Below are positions 1-8,651 of a stretch of DNA of 64,000 nt, piece by piece. This stretch comes from a virus (lineage: Duplodnaviria > Caudoviricetes). The notes beneath the pieces were generated by a model. That model was not told the DNA's origin, made no database searches, and saw only the letters and a program-made list of their open reading frames with translations. The stretch spans positions 1-64,000 of the IMG/VR virus record IMGVR_UViG_3300018495_000076; one strand, 5' to 3'. Within the stretch, counting starts at the first letter, position 1; the number at the start of each line of letters is the position of its first letter. The position numbers and the translations under genes were made by a program.

Positions 1-675
1 ATCAAAAATTGCAAAATCAAAAAATGGTCTTCTTCCGCTAGATAAAAATATATCGTTATGAGAATACTGTGGTATAAAATTAATTTTATGGCTTGTTAAC
101 CATTGATTAATTTTCATTTCGCCTTTTGATTTAATGCAACCACAAGAAGTTGTATTTCCGTTTTTTAAATTGGTTGAATCAACTATTGTTCCTCCGCCAC
201 AATCACACTTGCACCGATAACATACGTGGTCAAATCTATTATTTGCAACTCGTTCTACTACTACCAATTTGCCAAACCGTTGTCCTACTAGCGACTTAAA
301 AGTTGCTTCACTAACTCTTTGTTTTTGATAACATCCACAAGACTGAGTGTTATTGTTTGTTAAATTCGATGTTTTAACAACAACTTCGTTACCACAATCA
401 CATATACATTTTTGATAAATTGGTGGAATCGATTCAATTACAGTTAATTTGCCAAACTTTTGACCAGTCAAATCAAGTTTATAAAAATGTTGATCTTTAA
501 TGTGTCCACAGCTAGTTGTGTGCCCACTAGTTAGGTAATCGGTTCTGACTTCTGTCATTCTTCCACAAGAACATTGGCAAACCCATCTAGTATATTTGTC
601 ATTTCTTTTTTCTGCTGGTATCAATGCGATAAGTTCGCCAAATTGTATCCCTGTCAAATTTAATTTTTTAGCCAT
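1..675 (-). CDS. Putative homing-type endonuclease: three tandem Cys-rich repeats plus a likely C-terminal nuclease domain; runs off the window start
   Basis: Manual translation from ATG at 675: MAKKLNLTGIQFGELIAL...WVCQCSCG...TTSCGH, with similar xxLxGQxFGKL...CxCDCG...SCGC repeats. Absent from the ORF track because it is truncated. Confidence 0.7.
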   Translation of the reverse strand, partial: MAKKLNLTGIQFGELIALIPAEKRNDKYTRWVCQCSCGRMTEVRTDYLTSGHTTSCGHIKDQHFYKLDLTGQKFGKLTVIESIPPIYQKCICDCGNEVVVKTSNLTNNNTQSCGCYQKQRVSEATFKSLVGQRFGKLVVVERVANNRFDHVCYRCKCDCGGGTIVDSTNLKNGNTTSCGCIKSKGEMKINQWLTSHKINFIPQYSHNDIFLSSGRRPFFDFAIFD

Positions 676-684
676 AATATTTTA

Positions 685-2190
685 TTACATTTCAGAAAGA
701 ATGTCATCGCTTACATTATCGACTCCGCCTTCTTCAACTTGTGCCACTGCAATTCCGGACAACGCCTTAAAGAACCAGTTCTTGTGCTTATATGCACAGA
801 ACTTAGGACGGTTGATAATACGCACTACAACTCCCTCACGAATGTGCGTCTTACCGACAGGATCGGGACCATCGTAGAACTGTTCAGCAATATCTTTTAC
901 TGCTTCGCCAATATGAGCTTCCTCATATTTAGCAACAAAGCGCTCTTCTCCTTCTGGAGTGGTATAGTACAATATAGAGCCATTGTTGTTCAAAATTGCT
1001 TTTGCAAAAACAGGGACAGTCTTTACACCAATCTGCTCACAACGGTAACGCATAAAGTCGGGGCTATACTCAACAGTGAAGCCGTCTTCGTTGGTCATGG
1101 TCATACGATATACATAGATGTCTGACTGAGGCGTTTTTTCATTATAAACATTAACACCTTCAATCATATCCTCTGTCTCAACCAACCGAAGACCATCAGG
1201 TTCGCATCCATAAGAGAACACTGTGGTCTGTCCATACTGTTTAACAAAATCTTTATCGTTGAGTTTCTTATTGTCTCCACTTGCCATAATAGGGGCACCA
1301 GTATGAGTGTATCCCACTACTTCGTAGAAAATTTCCTCACCCTTATTCAACTTGCCCTCAAAGAACTTTGAATGTGCTTCACGGAATTCATTACTTCCAT
1401 AATATCCACCCTCAAAATTCTCAAGTACGGTACGACGAGTACCAGATACGTAGCCCCAATCATAAATTGGCTCGCCGTGCTTAAGGCTATGATATAGCGC
1501 ATTACGTCCATCCGAACCCCAATTCTTTTTTGCCTTGACTGCCATTATAAGCTTGTTGATGAATCTACGATAAGAAGAATCTTTATAACCAACAAGAACA
1601 GGAAGATAGCCAGTTCTCTGTGAAGTGCCATGCATCTTGAGTGTAATCTCAATCTCATCACCGGGCTTAAATGCGCCAAGATTGTACGCAAGCTGTTCAG
1701 TATCTGCGTGTTCTGAAAACAAAGGTGCTACGGGCACTTTCTTCTTTCGAGTCTTGTTACCAGAAGAATAATGTCCTCTTCTATTCTGAGCGCGAGGTAC
1801 ATATTTGCAACAAATCTCGTGTCCGTTAAAACTATTAATTGCTCCCTCACGAAGAGTGGTAATATCACCAAAAGATTCAAGTGCCTTCAGAGGAAGGAAG
1901 AGGCCATCCGATTTCTCACCCCGAAGCTTAATAGCAGTTACATTTCTCTTGTCGGGATCCATATAACCACCGATATTATTACCGTTCTCATCCTTCTTGC
2001 GAAGCAGGTTGTTTGCCTCTGCGAATTCTACGGAAAGCTGACCGTCCGAAGGGAAATAAATTCCTAACTGATTATCCTGATACTCCATCGATACGATTAC
2101 GGCATTGCCAAAGCATTCACCAATCTGTAGTCGATCTGCATTTGGATGTTTGTGTAGGTTTTTGATTCTTGTAATGTAAGCGTTGTACAT
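685..2190 (-). CDS. ATP-dependent RNA ligase (DRB0094/Rnl5-like) with N-terminal OB-like domain
   Basis: N-terminal HPNADRL motif, adenylation motif I variant TLKMHGTS, YEVVG, and C-terminal REGVVVR...YKHKN (motifs IV/V). Confidence 0.8.
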   Translation of the reverse strand: MYNAYITRIKNLHKHPNADRLQIGECFGNAVIVSMEYQDNQLGIYFPSDGQLSVEFAEANNLLRKKDENGNNIGGYMDPDKRNVTAIKLRGEKSDGLFLPLKALESFGDITTLREGAINSFNGHEICCKYVPRAQNRRGHYSSGNKTRKKKVPVAPLFSEHADTEQLAYNLGAFKPGDEIEITLKMHGTSQRTGYLPVLVGYKDSSYRRFINKLIMAVKAKKNWGSDGRNALYHSLKHGEPIYDWGYVSGTRRTVLENFEGGYYGSNEFREAHSKFFEGKLNKGEEIFYEVVGYTHTGAPIMASGDNKKLNDKDFVKQYGQTTVFSYGCEPDGLRLVETEDMIEGVNVYNEKTPQSDIYVYRMTMTNEDGFTVEYSPDFMRYRCEQIGVKTVPVFAKAILNNNGSILYYTTPEGEERFVAKYEEAHIGEAVKDIAEQFYDGPDPVGKTHIREGVVVRIINRPKFCAYKHKNWFFKALSGIAVAQVEEGGVDNVSDDILSEM

Positions 2191-2214
2191 TTGTTGTTTC
2201 TCCTTTATATATTA

Positions 2215-2826
2215 TTAATTAATAAGACTTTTATAAGTGTCAAGCATTTCTTTTAACTCAGGACTCTTTGTTGCCATCATTTCAAACAAAGTGAGTTCTT
2301 GTATTTCCTTAACTTTTTTGTCCATCTCTGCTTTCAATTTTGCAGCCTGTTCTCTTTTTGCTACACGCTTATTATAGGTTGTCATATCAATATTACAAAC
2401 GATTTCACGACCTTCGTGGCAAGAATCAAGCATATATTGTTCAGCTTCATTTCTTGCAATAATATCGTCAAGAATTGCAAGTGCCATATCATGATGTGCC
2501 GGTTTAACCACAACCATGTCTCCAATAGCACACATTGTATCATCATACAAAGCGTAATAGTATGTTTTGTTTGTATTACTGCCGTTCAGAAAGCGAATTT
2601 TTGCTACATCATATTTGCCAATCATCATTTGTTTCTCCTCTTTTTGTTCTGTATTATTCTTAACATGTTTTAAATTCATATTATTATAAGTCAACACATG
2701 ATCATATTCTTTAAATTTCACCCGTGTTGAACGACATGTTGAGTCTGTTACATAGCCCATTTTTTGATAAGTTTTAAGCATAGAATTGGCCACTGTGACC
2801 CAATCGCCTTTATTAAATTGTCTCAT
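2215..2826 (-). CDS. Hypothetical phage protein
   Basis: 203-aa ORF with GGAGG RBS, co-oriented with its neighbours. Confidence 0.75.
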   Translation of the reverse strand: MRQFNKGDWVTVANSMLKTYQKMGYVTDSTCRSTRVKFKEYDHVLTYNNMNLKHVKNNTEQKEEKQMMIGKYDVAKIRFLNGSNTNKTYYYALYDDTMCAIGDMVVVKPAHHDMALAILDDIIARNEAEQYMLDSCHEGREIVCNIDMTTYNKRVAKREQAAKLKAEMDKKVKEIQELTLFEMMATKSPELKEMLDTYKSLIN

Positions 2827-2992
2827 TGTGACCTCCTTCTTTTATCCACCGATTATAAGCTTCAACAAAAATCTCTTTTGAAATAAGCAGTTTATACAAT
2901 GGGGCTTCACTTTCATATTGATATCGATAAACTGGAACATAAATCCCATCATCTGCAACATAAGGCTGATGTTGAATTAACTGTTTTTCCAT
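2813..2992 (-). CDS. Small hypothetical protein (59 aa, MEKQLIQHQPYV...)
   Basis: Manual translation; fills the gap between adjacent genes and has a GAGGAG RBS. Confidence 0.6.
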   Translation of the reverse strand: MEKQLIQHQPYVADDGIYVPVYRYQYESEAPLYKLLISKEIFVEAYNRWIKEGGHNETI

Positions 2993-2995
2993 CTG

Positions 2996-3241
2996 CTACT
3001 TCTCCTCTTCGAGTGTTACATGATAACAACAATTTTGGCAAAACCGTTGTCCACCATCTGTTGTAAAATAATCGTCTACGATCCATTTACCACAGTCATC
3101 ACATCTGTGTGTTGCAACAAAAGAACCACCACACTCTGGACATCCATCAAATTCTTCATATGGTGGTGTATCAAGACCATGTGTTTCTACATAATGTGCT
3201 GGATGTTCAAATAAATGCTGACATTCAAGACATACAAACAT
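2996..3241 (-). CDS. Small zinc-finger protein
   Basis: Four CxxC pairs; GGAGG RBS upstream of ATG 3241. Confidence 0.7.
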   Translation of the reverse strand: MFVCLECQHLFEHPAHYVETHGLDTPPYEEFDGCPECGGSFVATHRCDDCGKWIVDDYFTTDGGQRFCQNCCYHVTLEEEK

Positions 3242-3276
3242 ATAAGTTTTTCCTCCAATCATTCTGCTGTGTTTAT

Positions 3277-3337
3277 ATTATAGCATATATTTTTAAAATG
3301 TCAATAATTACATTGATTTATTTACATTTTGTTAATA
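3277..3337 (-). promoter_or_regulatory. sigma-A promoter with extended -10 and upstream direct-repeat box
   Basis: TTGACA (3299-3304), TGcTATAAT (-10 at 3277-3282), TATTAA-N5-TGTAAA at 3321-3337. Confidence 0.8.
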
Positions 3338-3360
3338 AAAAAGGAGAGATTACTCTCTCC
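3337..3360 (-). terminator. Rho-independent terminator after the amidase gene
   Basis: Minus strand reads GGAGAGA-GTAA-TCTCTCC-TTTTTT. Confidence 0.8.
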
Positions 3361-3367
3361 ATTACAA

Positions 3368-4114
3368 TTATTTAATACCTAATAGTGTTTTCCATGTATT
3401 AAGTCCACAGCATCCATCGACCACAAGCCCATTTCTCTGTTGAAAATTTTTTATTGCGGTTTCTGTTTCCTTGCCGGCAAGACCGTCTGGCTTTATTCCA
3501 AGCAATCTTTGTACAAGCATTGTTGAGTTTTTATATTTGTAAAATAATCTTCTTTTAACAATACACTTCGTCGCAACGCTTTCGGTTTCATTTCCCCATT
3601 TGCCATCTAAGCCATATGAGTTAAATTTAAAACCATCTGCTGATGCTGCTCTTTGAAAAGATAATACAAGATTTTCATCTTCGTTGGTTGTAAACTTTTC
3701 TAGTGGAAATAGACTCCCTGGGCAATTAGTTGTCATTAAATCTTTATGACCTTTGACATTCTTTATATTGTATTTCTTTTTCAAGTGCTCCACAAGCTCT
3801 AATCCAGATTCGACTTGTACTTGTGTTGGCATTTCTTTTTCGAAATCTCCTTCAAAACATATTCCAATGCTTGTTGAATTATACCCTTTTGCATGAGATC
3901 CAATAACATCATCTTGTCTACCTCTAAATATTCTGCCCTCTTTGTTTATGAAGTAATGGTATCCACAACCACTCCATTGATTAGACAAATGCCAATTATG
4001 AATATTGTATATACTACAATGACTTGATGCTGCATGGTGTAATACTATCATATCAATCTTGCTTCTTTTAGCTAATGCACCTGCCCAATTTAGGTTTGTT
4101 TCAATAATGTTCAT
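3368..4114 (-). CDS. N-acetylmuramoyl-L-alanine amidase (Amidase_2/T7 lysozyme-like) with C-terminal peptidoglycan-binding domains
   Basis: IVLHHAA, GYHYFI, GSHAKGYNSTSIGICFEG, GHKD..TNCPG; PG_binding_1-like DGLAGKETETAIKNFQQRNGLVVDG. Confidence 0.9.
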   Translation of the reverse strand: MNIIETNLNWAGALAKRSKIDMIVLHHAASSHCSIYNIHNWHLSNQWSGCGYHYFINKEGRIFRGRQDDVIGSHAKGYNSTSIGICFEGDFEKEMPTQVQVESGLELVEHLKKKYNIKNVKGHKDLMTTNCPGSLFPLEKFTTNEDENLVLSFQRAASADGFKFNSYGLDGKWGNETESVATKCIVKRRLFYKYKNSTMLVQRLLGIKPDGLAGKETETAIKNFQQRNGLVVDGCCGLNTWKTLLGIK

Positions 4115-4210
4115 AAGATAAACCACATCCTTGCTATAATCATTTTGTTGTGTTAAATCGTCGGCTATTTAACGCAACTTAATTATATCATAAGATGTGG
4201 TTTAGTTCAA

Positions 4211-4327
4211 TCATTTTGCATTGTGAAGTGCTCTGAGTTTGCGCTCCAATTTCGCAATAATACGGTCGTTATTGCTCGGTCTGGTTTTTAAAAGTGCAAT
4301 ACGTGCTTTAATTGCTGTTTCGTTCAT
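4211..4327 (-). CDS. Small basic protein (38 aa, MNETAIKARIALLKTRPSNNDRIIAKLERKLRALHNAK)
   Basis: AGGAGA RBS, ATG at 4327, TGA at 4211-4213. Confidence 0.6.
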   Translation of the reverse strand: MNETAIKARIALLKTRPSNNDRIIAKLERKLRALHNAK

Positions 4328-4357
4328 TGGTTGTGTTCTCCTTATTTGTTTTTAGTA

Positions 4358-4432
4358 TGGCTGGGATGGAAGGGATCGAACCTTCGAATACAGGAGTCAA
4401 AGTCCTGTGCCTTACCACTTGGCGACATCCCA
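4358..4432 (-). tRNA. tRNA-Gln(TTG)
   Basis: Full cloverleaf, anticodon arm CAGGA-CT-TTG-AC-TCCTG, encoded CCA. Confidence 0.95.
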
Positions 4433-4575
4433 ATATATTGCGCTTTTAACTTCGATAGGAGCGCTAACCTATCAAGCAATCACCTTCATCCACTTTGGAG
4501 TCATACCAAGGTTGCTCGTATGATATGATTTTTGTTGACAAAAGCACACGAGTGTGTACGATTATCTGTGTAGCA

Positions 4576-4664
4576 TGGCGCCACATTGAGGTGTCGATCC
4601 CCATACCTTTCACAGTACCTTTCGTTTTCAAGACGAAGTGCGAAGCCGTCCGCATTAATGTGGC
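4576..4664 (-). tRNA. tRNA-Ser(TGA) with non-canonical 8/4 fold
   Basis: 8-bp acceptor GCCACATT/AATGTGGC, 4-bp T-stem GGGG/CCTC, long variable arm, G73-CCA. Confidence 0.8.
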
Positions 4665-4667
4665 ATT

Positions 4668-4756
4668 TGGCGGAAAGCGTAGTATTCGAAACTAATACAC
4701 TAAACATGTACGCATCCCTTAGCAGGGGAGCCGCAATCCTCTTGCGTTCACTTTCC
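4668..4756 (-). tRNA. tRNA-Ser(GCT) with non-canonical 8/4 fold
   Basis: 8-bp acceptor GGAAAGTG/CGCTTTCC, 4-bp T-stem TAGT/ACTA, long variable arm, G73-CCA. Confidence 0.8.
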
Positions 4757-4761
4757 ATATT

Positions 4762-5580
4762 AAGAGCCGAGTATTCTATTATCCATGGAAGCCCCTCGGC
4801 TGGGCTACTCTGTTATCCTGAGTAAGGTGTGTCCTTATCGGACTAAATGCATCAACCGCCGAAACGATTGAAGGAACCTTTTCTACTGCTAGTAGATAGG
4901 CACAATTTGGTTAACCAAAAGACAGTAACGATATGGACAAAGCCGGCTTCGAACCAACCTCACCAACAGCATCGTCCCTCACAATGCTTAGTGCCCAGTA
5001 TCTACATCTTTTGGTATACGATTTCTATCTAAGCATCGCAACGACACGTTCTCGTCTTCCGCCGCTGGCAGTTCATTAGCTTCCCACTTATCCCTCAATT
5101 CAATCCGTCCCCAGCACGCATGCTGTCGAGGGGGCCAACTACTTTTCGATAGTATTGTTGTTTATAGGCTGTTCATCTCACATCCATTTACCACAGCTGC
5201 TAGACCTCACCTTTATAATAGTATCGACCTATTTCCTGGATGTTTACTCGGGTTAACAGCCCGTCCCAGGCTTCGTGGCACCTATAATTAACTTTCTTGT
5301 TCTGGCGCCCTCAAGAGAAAGGGTTCGTTAATGTGCCATAACGATAGGCTCCCTCACAAAAACTATCTGGAGAATAACACCAAACAATCGCGGCTTGTAG
5401 CTGCCCGTTATGCCCAGCTTCTATATTCCCACTATGCCCTTCGCTACAAATTAAAGCGAGTTTTTTATAAACAAGTACTCACCCTCCCGATTCTCCAAGT
5501 GAGACATCTGCACGATTGACCCATAATATTCAACCCTTTTCGGTGTAACAAACAGATGTGACTATTTTATTGATCGTTCT
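4762..5580 (-). ncRNA. Large structured ncRNA, GOLLD-like candidate (boundaries approximate)
   Basis: ~820 nt between tRNA-Trp and tRNA-Ser, richer in GC than coding DNA, many hairpins, no credible ORF. Size and phage tRNA-array context fit GOLLD RNA. Confidence 0.55.
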
Positions 5581-5601
5581 TTTATCACAATACTTGTTCT
5601 T

Positions 5602-5676
5602 TGGCAGGAGTGGATTGAAATCGAACAATCGTCAACAGTTTTGGAGACTGTTGTGCTACCATTGCACCACACTCCT
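5602..5676 (-). tRNA. tRNA-Trp(CCA)
   Basis: Cloverleaf, ACAGT-CT-CCA-AA-ACTGT, encoded CCA. Confidence 0.92.
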
Positions 5677-5683
5677 ATATAAC

Positions 5684-5805
5684 TAGCCACCTTTATAAGA
5701 CGGGATTCGAACCCGCGTCTTCAGCTTTTCACGGCTGACGCTCTAACCTCTAAGCTACACTGGCAATGATGAAGCCAATAGAATTAAAGTTGCTGTAGGT
5801 GACTA
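5684..5805 (-). ncRNA. Y-RNA(YrlA)-like RNA: terminal helix+ACAGCAA module enclosing a circularly permuted tRNA domain
   Basis: TAGTCACC-TACAGCAA...GGTGGCTA terminal stem. Inside: hairpin-closed acceptor TATTGGC/GCCAGTG, D arm, anticodon arm with 8-nt loop, T arm GCGGG-TTCGAAT-CCCGT. Confidence 0.75.
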
Positions 5806-5881
5806 TGGAGCGAGATACCAGATTCGAACTGGCGCTTACTGCTTGGAAGGCAGTCGTGCTAGCCGCTAACACTAATCCCGC
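5806..5881 (-). tRNA. tRNA-Gly(TCC)
   Basis: Cloverleaf, ACTGC-CT-TCC-AA-GCAGT, U73-CCA. Confidence 0.93.
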
Positions 5882-5935
5882 ATATGTTGCCTTTTTACAG
5901 AAGGCTAACTGTTTCTGGAGGTATAGAATGAAAAG

Positions 5936-6012
5936 TGGTTGGCCCTTAGGGACTTGAACCCTAGACCGCCTCGTTATGAGCGAGATGCTCTAACCAACTG
6001 AGCTAAAGGCCA
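5936..6012 (-). tRNA. tRNA with CAT anticodon (Ile2-like, or elongator Met)
   Basis: Cloverleaf, TCTCG-CT-CAT-AA-CGAGG, A73-CCA. Confidence 0.9.
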
Positions 6013-6048
6013 ATATAGCATGGCTTTCGCCATACTTAGTTGTGGCAT

Positions 6049-6138
6049 TGGTGCCGGAGAACGGGCTCGAACCGTCACGGAGTGTTTAGTTCCACGGGAT
6101 TTTAAGTCCCGGGTGTCTGCCAATTCCACCACTCCGGC
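6049..6138 (-). tRNA. tRNA-Leu(TAA)
   Basis: Type II cloverleaf, CGGGA-CT-TAA-AA-TCCCG. Confidence 0.95.
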
Positions 6139-6142
6139 ATGT

Positions 6143-6217
6143 TGGTCGGGATGACAGGGATCGAACCTGCGTAAACCAGTCCCCAAAGCTGGTGGGCAAC
6201 CACTGCCCCACATCCCG
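6143..6217 (-). tRNA. tRNA-Pro(TGG)
   Basis: C1-G72, A73-CCA, anticodon loop TT-TGG-GG. Confidence 0.92.
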
Positions 6218-6221
6218 ATAT

Positions 6222-6303
6222 TGGTGCTCGTAACAGGACTTGAACCTGCACGAATTAACATATGATCCTAAGTCATACGCGTCTTCCATTCCGCCATACG
6301 AGC
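6222..6303 (-). tRNA. tRNA-Leu(TAG)
   Basis: Cloverleaf, TATGA-CT-TAG-GA-TCATA, A73-CCA. Confidence 0.93.
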
Positions 6304-6376
6304 ATATTACAGTCCTCAATTAGCTACTTCAAGAACTGCAACACTTTGTACAAAACTCGTGAGTGTATACCTCACT

Positions 6377-6421
6377 TGTTGCCAGCGACAGGATTTGAAC
6401 CTGCTCTAAGCCATAACTGGC
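6377..6421 (-). ncRNA. tRNA minihelix-like element (acceptor + T arm only)
   Basis: GCCAGT...GCAGG-TTCAAAT-CCTGT-C-GCTGGC-A-ACA; D and anticodon arms replaced by a ~10-nt linker. Confidence 0.55.
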
Positions 6422-6570
6422 ATATTCGTTGATTGAGCCATAGGATTTTCACCTATGGGAGCAAGCGTTATTAGGCGGCTAGCATACCTAATAACAGGCT
6501 TTACTAATTCTATCCCCACTTACCATTTTCTTGCTTTTTCACATCTTGTATTTTTAAGAGATTTTCTTTT

Positions 6571-6640
6571 TGGTCGCCCTCAGGAGATTCGAACTCCATC
6601 GCTGCACACCTGTGCCGCCGCTCTTACCCTTAAGCTATCG
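6571..6640 (-). ncRNA. tRNA-like element or pseudo-tRNA (D arm, T arm and CCA; no anticodon loop, unpaired acceptor)
   Basis: TA-GCTT-AAGGGTAA-GAGC, hairpin GCGGCAC-AGGT-GTGCAGC, GGAG-TTCGAAT-CTCC, ACCA. Confidence 0.55.
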
Positions 6641-6752
6641 TTAGACTAATCTCTGCAACCCTATCCTAGAGTTGTACGGACTCCTATGGATAGGTCGTAC
6701 TTGTTGCATACTTAATGTGGCTTTATACTCACTACTCAATCATTTTGTTTTG

Positions 6753-8312
6753 TTAAACAATGTCCTTAACTGCGTCCTCGATAGCTTGATATCTTTCGAC
6801 ATTAAGCACATCGAGCAAACATTCGTAAGGATCAAGTTTGTTAGACATCACCATTTTGACAATGTTAACACTAAATCCACTAACAAGGGCAACGCCGAGG
6901 CCATTTTCTTTGACAGGAATGGTACCGGTGCGAGAATTTACATTCCAGAACACAAGTCTAGGGAGCTTGTATCCATGTGCTTCGTACTTCTTAGCAATCG
7001 TCTCAAAGAGTGTTGCCGTAGGAGCTTCACGATATGAATACCAGCCACTAGAGCGAGTGGAATTTGTGGTGGCACAAGAGTCAAATTCCATATCAGACAC
7101 GATAAGAATATTAGTAGGAATATCCTCCTGGGCCATATGGTTATTCACTGCCGTCTGAAGAATCAAATCAAATACTGCCTCAATATTAGTGTTTGCACAC
7201 TCATTGTGTCTCAGAGCAATACCCAACTTATCATGAAGAGTCTTGGCGTTGCTAAAGTCAACAAACTGTGGTCTTTCACTAAAGGTGATATACTTATCCT
7301 TAAACTCACCAGAAGCTCTTTCAGCAAAATAAATAGCAAGAGCATTGGCAACATCAAGAGCAGTAACACTAGTCTGACCACCAACATTGACAGTCATGCT
7401 GCCGGAACCGTCTGCGACAACAAGTGTATTGCCATTGCCATTCACTGTGTCGGGCAGAGCTTTCCACATACCCTCAAGTGCGGCGTCATGTAATCTAACG
7501 GACTGACTCCACATACCACCAGACATGTACTTATGCACAATATCATGAGGAAACAAAACAGAAGCATTAATCTTAGCCTCGCCTTTTTCAAGCGCACCAA
7601 GATATGCTCTACGACGCTCCTCATCGTTGCAAAGGAATGCATTGTTGTAAATAAGATTTGCACGAGAAGGAACGGCCTCATAATTGATTCTACCCCATTC
7701 TCTTGCAGACATCTTACATTCAACCACGTCAATATACTTACGGAGTTTAGAGAGCATCTTACGATAGTTCTTTGATGTCATGCCAAGCCCATTGCGAATG
7801 ATAGTTGCATATCTCTTTGTTTCCTTGGAAGACGCATTCTCTGAAGGAAGCCACTTTCCAATAAGAGAGATAGATTTATTGTTCTCCATGTTAATTCTGT
7901 CTTCACCAAGCTGTTCTGCGACACCAGCAATGATGTTCTGCTTCAAATCTGTATCAAGAAGACACCACATATCGTCGTATCTACCATATTCAGATGTAAA
8001 CTTCAGCACTGCCTTGATTACCTCAGGCTTATTCTGAGCAAGGTGCTTAAGCACGATTCTAAACAGTCTTCTTTCGCCAAGACCCTCACGGCAGTCTCTA
8101 GTGTAAAAGAGCCACTTGATTGCCACAATAGGATCTTCCCAATAAGCGTCCATAAACTTATCGATAATCGTCTGTTCCAAAGCGCCTCTGAGAGAAGCAA
8201 CGGAGAAGTTAAGATCAAGCAGTTTCTTGCCTGTGCTTTTAAATCCAACAGCACCATTTTCGGTCAACTGCTTTTCGTTGTTAAGTTCATTTTTCATTGC
8301 ATTCATAAACAT
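6753..8312 (-). CDS. DUF2828-family protein (helical domain + C-terminal vWA; Ro60/TROVE-like architecture)
   Basis: TENGA, LFYTRDCREGLGERRLF, YGRYDD, KWLPSEN, INYEAVPSRA, MIDAS motif DGSGSM, NTNIEAVFDLIL, SDMEFD, FWNV, LVSGFS; GGAGG RBS before ATG 8312. Confidence 0.88.
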   Translation of the reverse strand: MFMNAMKNELNNEKQLTENGAVGFKSTGKKLLDLNFSVASLRGALEQTIIDKFMDAYWEDPIVAIKWLFYTRDCREGLGERRLFRIVLKHLAQNKPEVIKAVLKFTSEYGRYDDMWCLLDTDLKQNIIAGVAEQLGEDRINMENNKSISLIGKWLPSENASSKETKRYATIIRNGLGMTSKNYRKMLSKLRKYIDVVECKMSAREWGRINYEAVPSRANLIYNNAFLCNDEERRRAYLGALEKGEAKINASVLFPHDIVHKYMSGGMWSQSVRLHDAALEGMWKALPDTVNGNGNTLVVADGSGSMTVNVGGQTSVTALDVANALAIYFAERASGEFKDKYITFSERPQFVDFSNAKTLHDKLGIALRHNECANTNIEAVFDLILQTAVNNHMAQEDIPTNILIVSDMEFDSCATTNSTRSSGWYSYREAPTATLFETIAKKYEAHGYKLPRLVFWNVNSRTGTIPVKENGLGVALVSGFSVNIVKMVMSNKLDPYECLLDVLNVERYQAIEDAVKDIV

Positions 8313-8351
8313 TTGATTGTCCTCCAAAATTGAATTTTTATAAAACAATCC

Positions 8352-8412
8352 AAGACACATTTGGTTATATAGATTAAAAGTCTATTCCAGTTAAGATTGC
8401 TGTCTGTGTCTT
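8352..8412 (-). ncRNA. Free-standing helix+ACAGCAA RNA module, copy A (in the DUF2828 leader)
   Basis: AAGACACA-GACAGCAA...TGTGTCTT, 8-bp terminal stem. Confidence 0.7.
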
Positions 8413-8430
8413 AAGATATCGTTTACATAC

Positions 8431-8577
8431 GAGATACCATAATTGTAATTAATTTAAACTAGGTTTAAATTGGCTATTGTCAGTCAATGCCTAAAACACA
8501 AGTATATTCCGCTTGGCATAACCGCGAATTAATTTCATCACTTACTATAATGTTATTAAAATTGCTGTAGGTATCTC
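8431..8577 (-). ncRNA. Free-standing helix+ACAGCAA RNA module, copy B
   Basis: GAGATACC-TACAGCAA...GGTATCTC, 8-bp terminal stem. Confidence 0.7.
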
Positions 8578-8587
8578 TTTGTTAAGC

Positions 8588-8644
8588 AAGACGCATTTAA
8601 CTTCAATCCCACTTTGAATTATATAAAATTGCTGTGTGCGTCTT
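8588..8644 (-). ncRNA. Free-standing helix+ACAGCAA RNA module, copy C
   Basis: AAGACGCA-CACAGCAA...TGCGTCTT, 8-bp terminal stem. Confidence 0.7.
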
Positions 8645-8651
8645 TAAATTA

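Noticed and set aside
4433-6303. Theta (tRNA-trailer HDV-like) ribozymes
   Set aside because: No nested double-pseudoknot pattern was found directly 3' of any tRNA. Only hairpins and simple pseudoknots are present (e.g. ~4461-type hairpin region 4440-4476, and 5889-5916).
4331-6649. Short ORFs listed across the tRNA/ncRNA array
   Set aside because: They overlap tRNAs and structured RNA, lack an RBS, and have non-protein-like composition.
8352-8644. CRISPR-like array suggested by recurring TTGCTG motifs
   Set aside because: The repeats are not identical, spacing is irregular, stems covary like RNA structure, and no cas genes are present.
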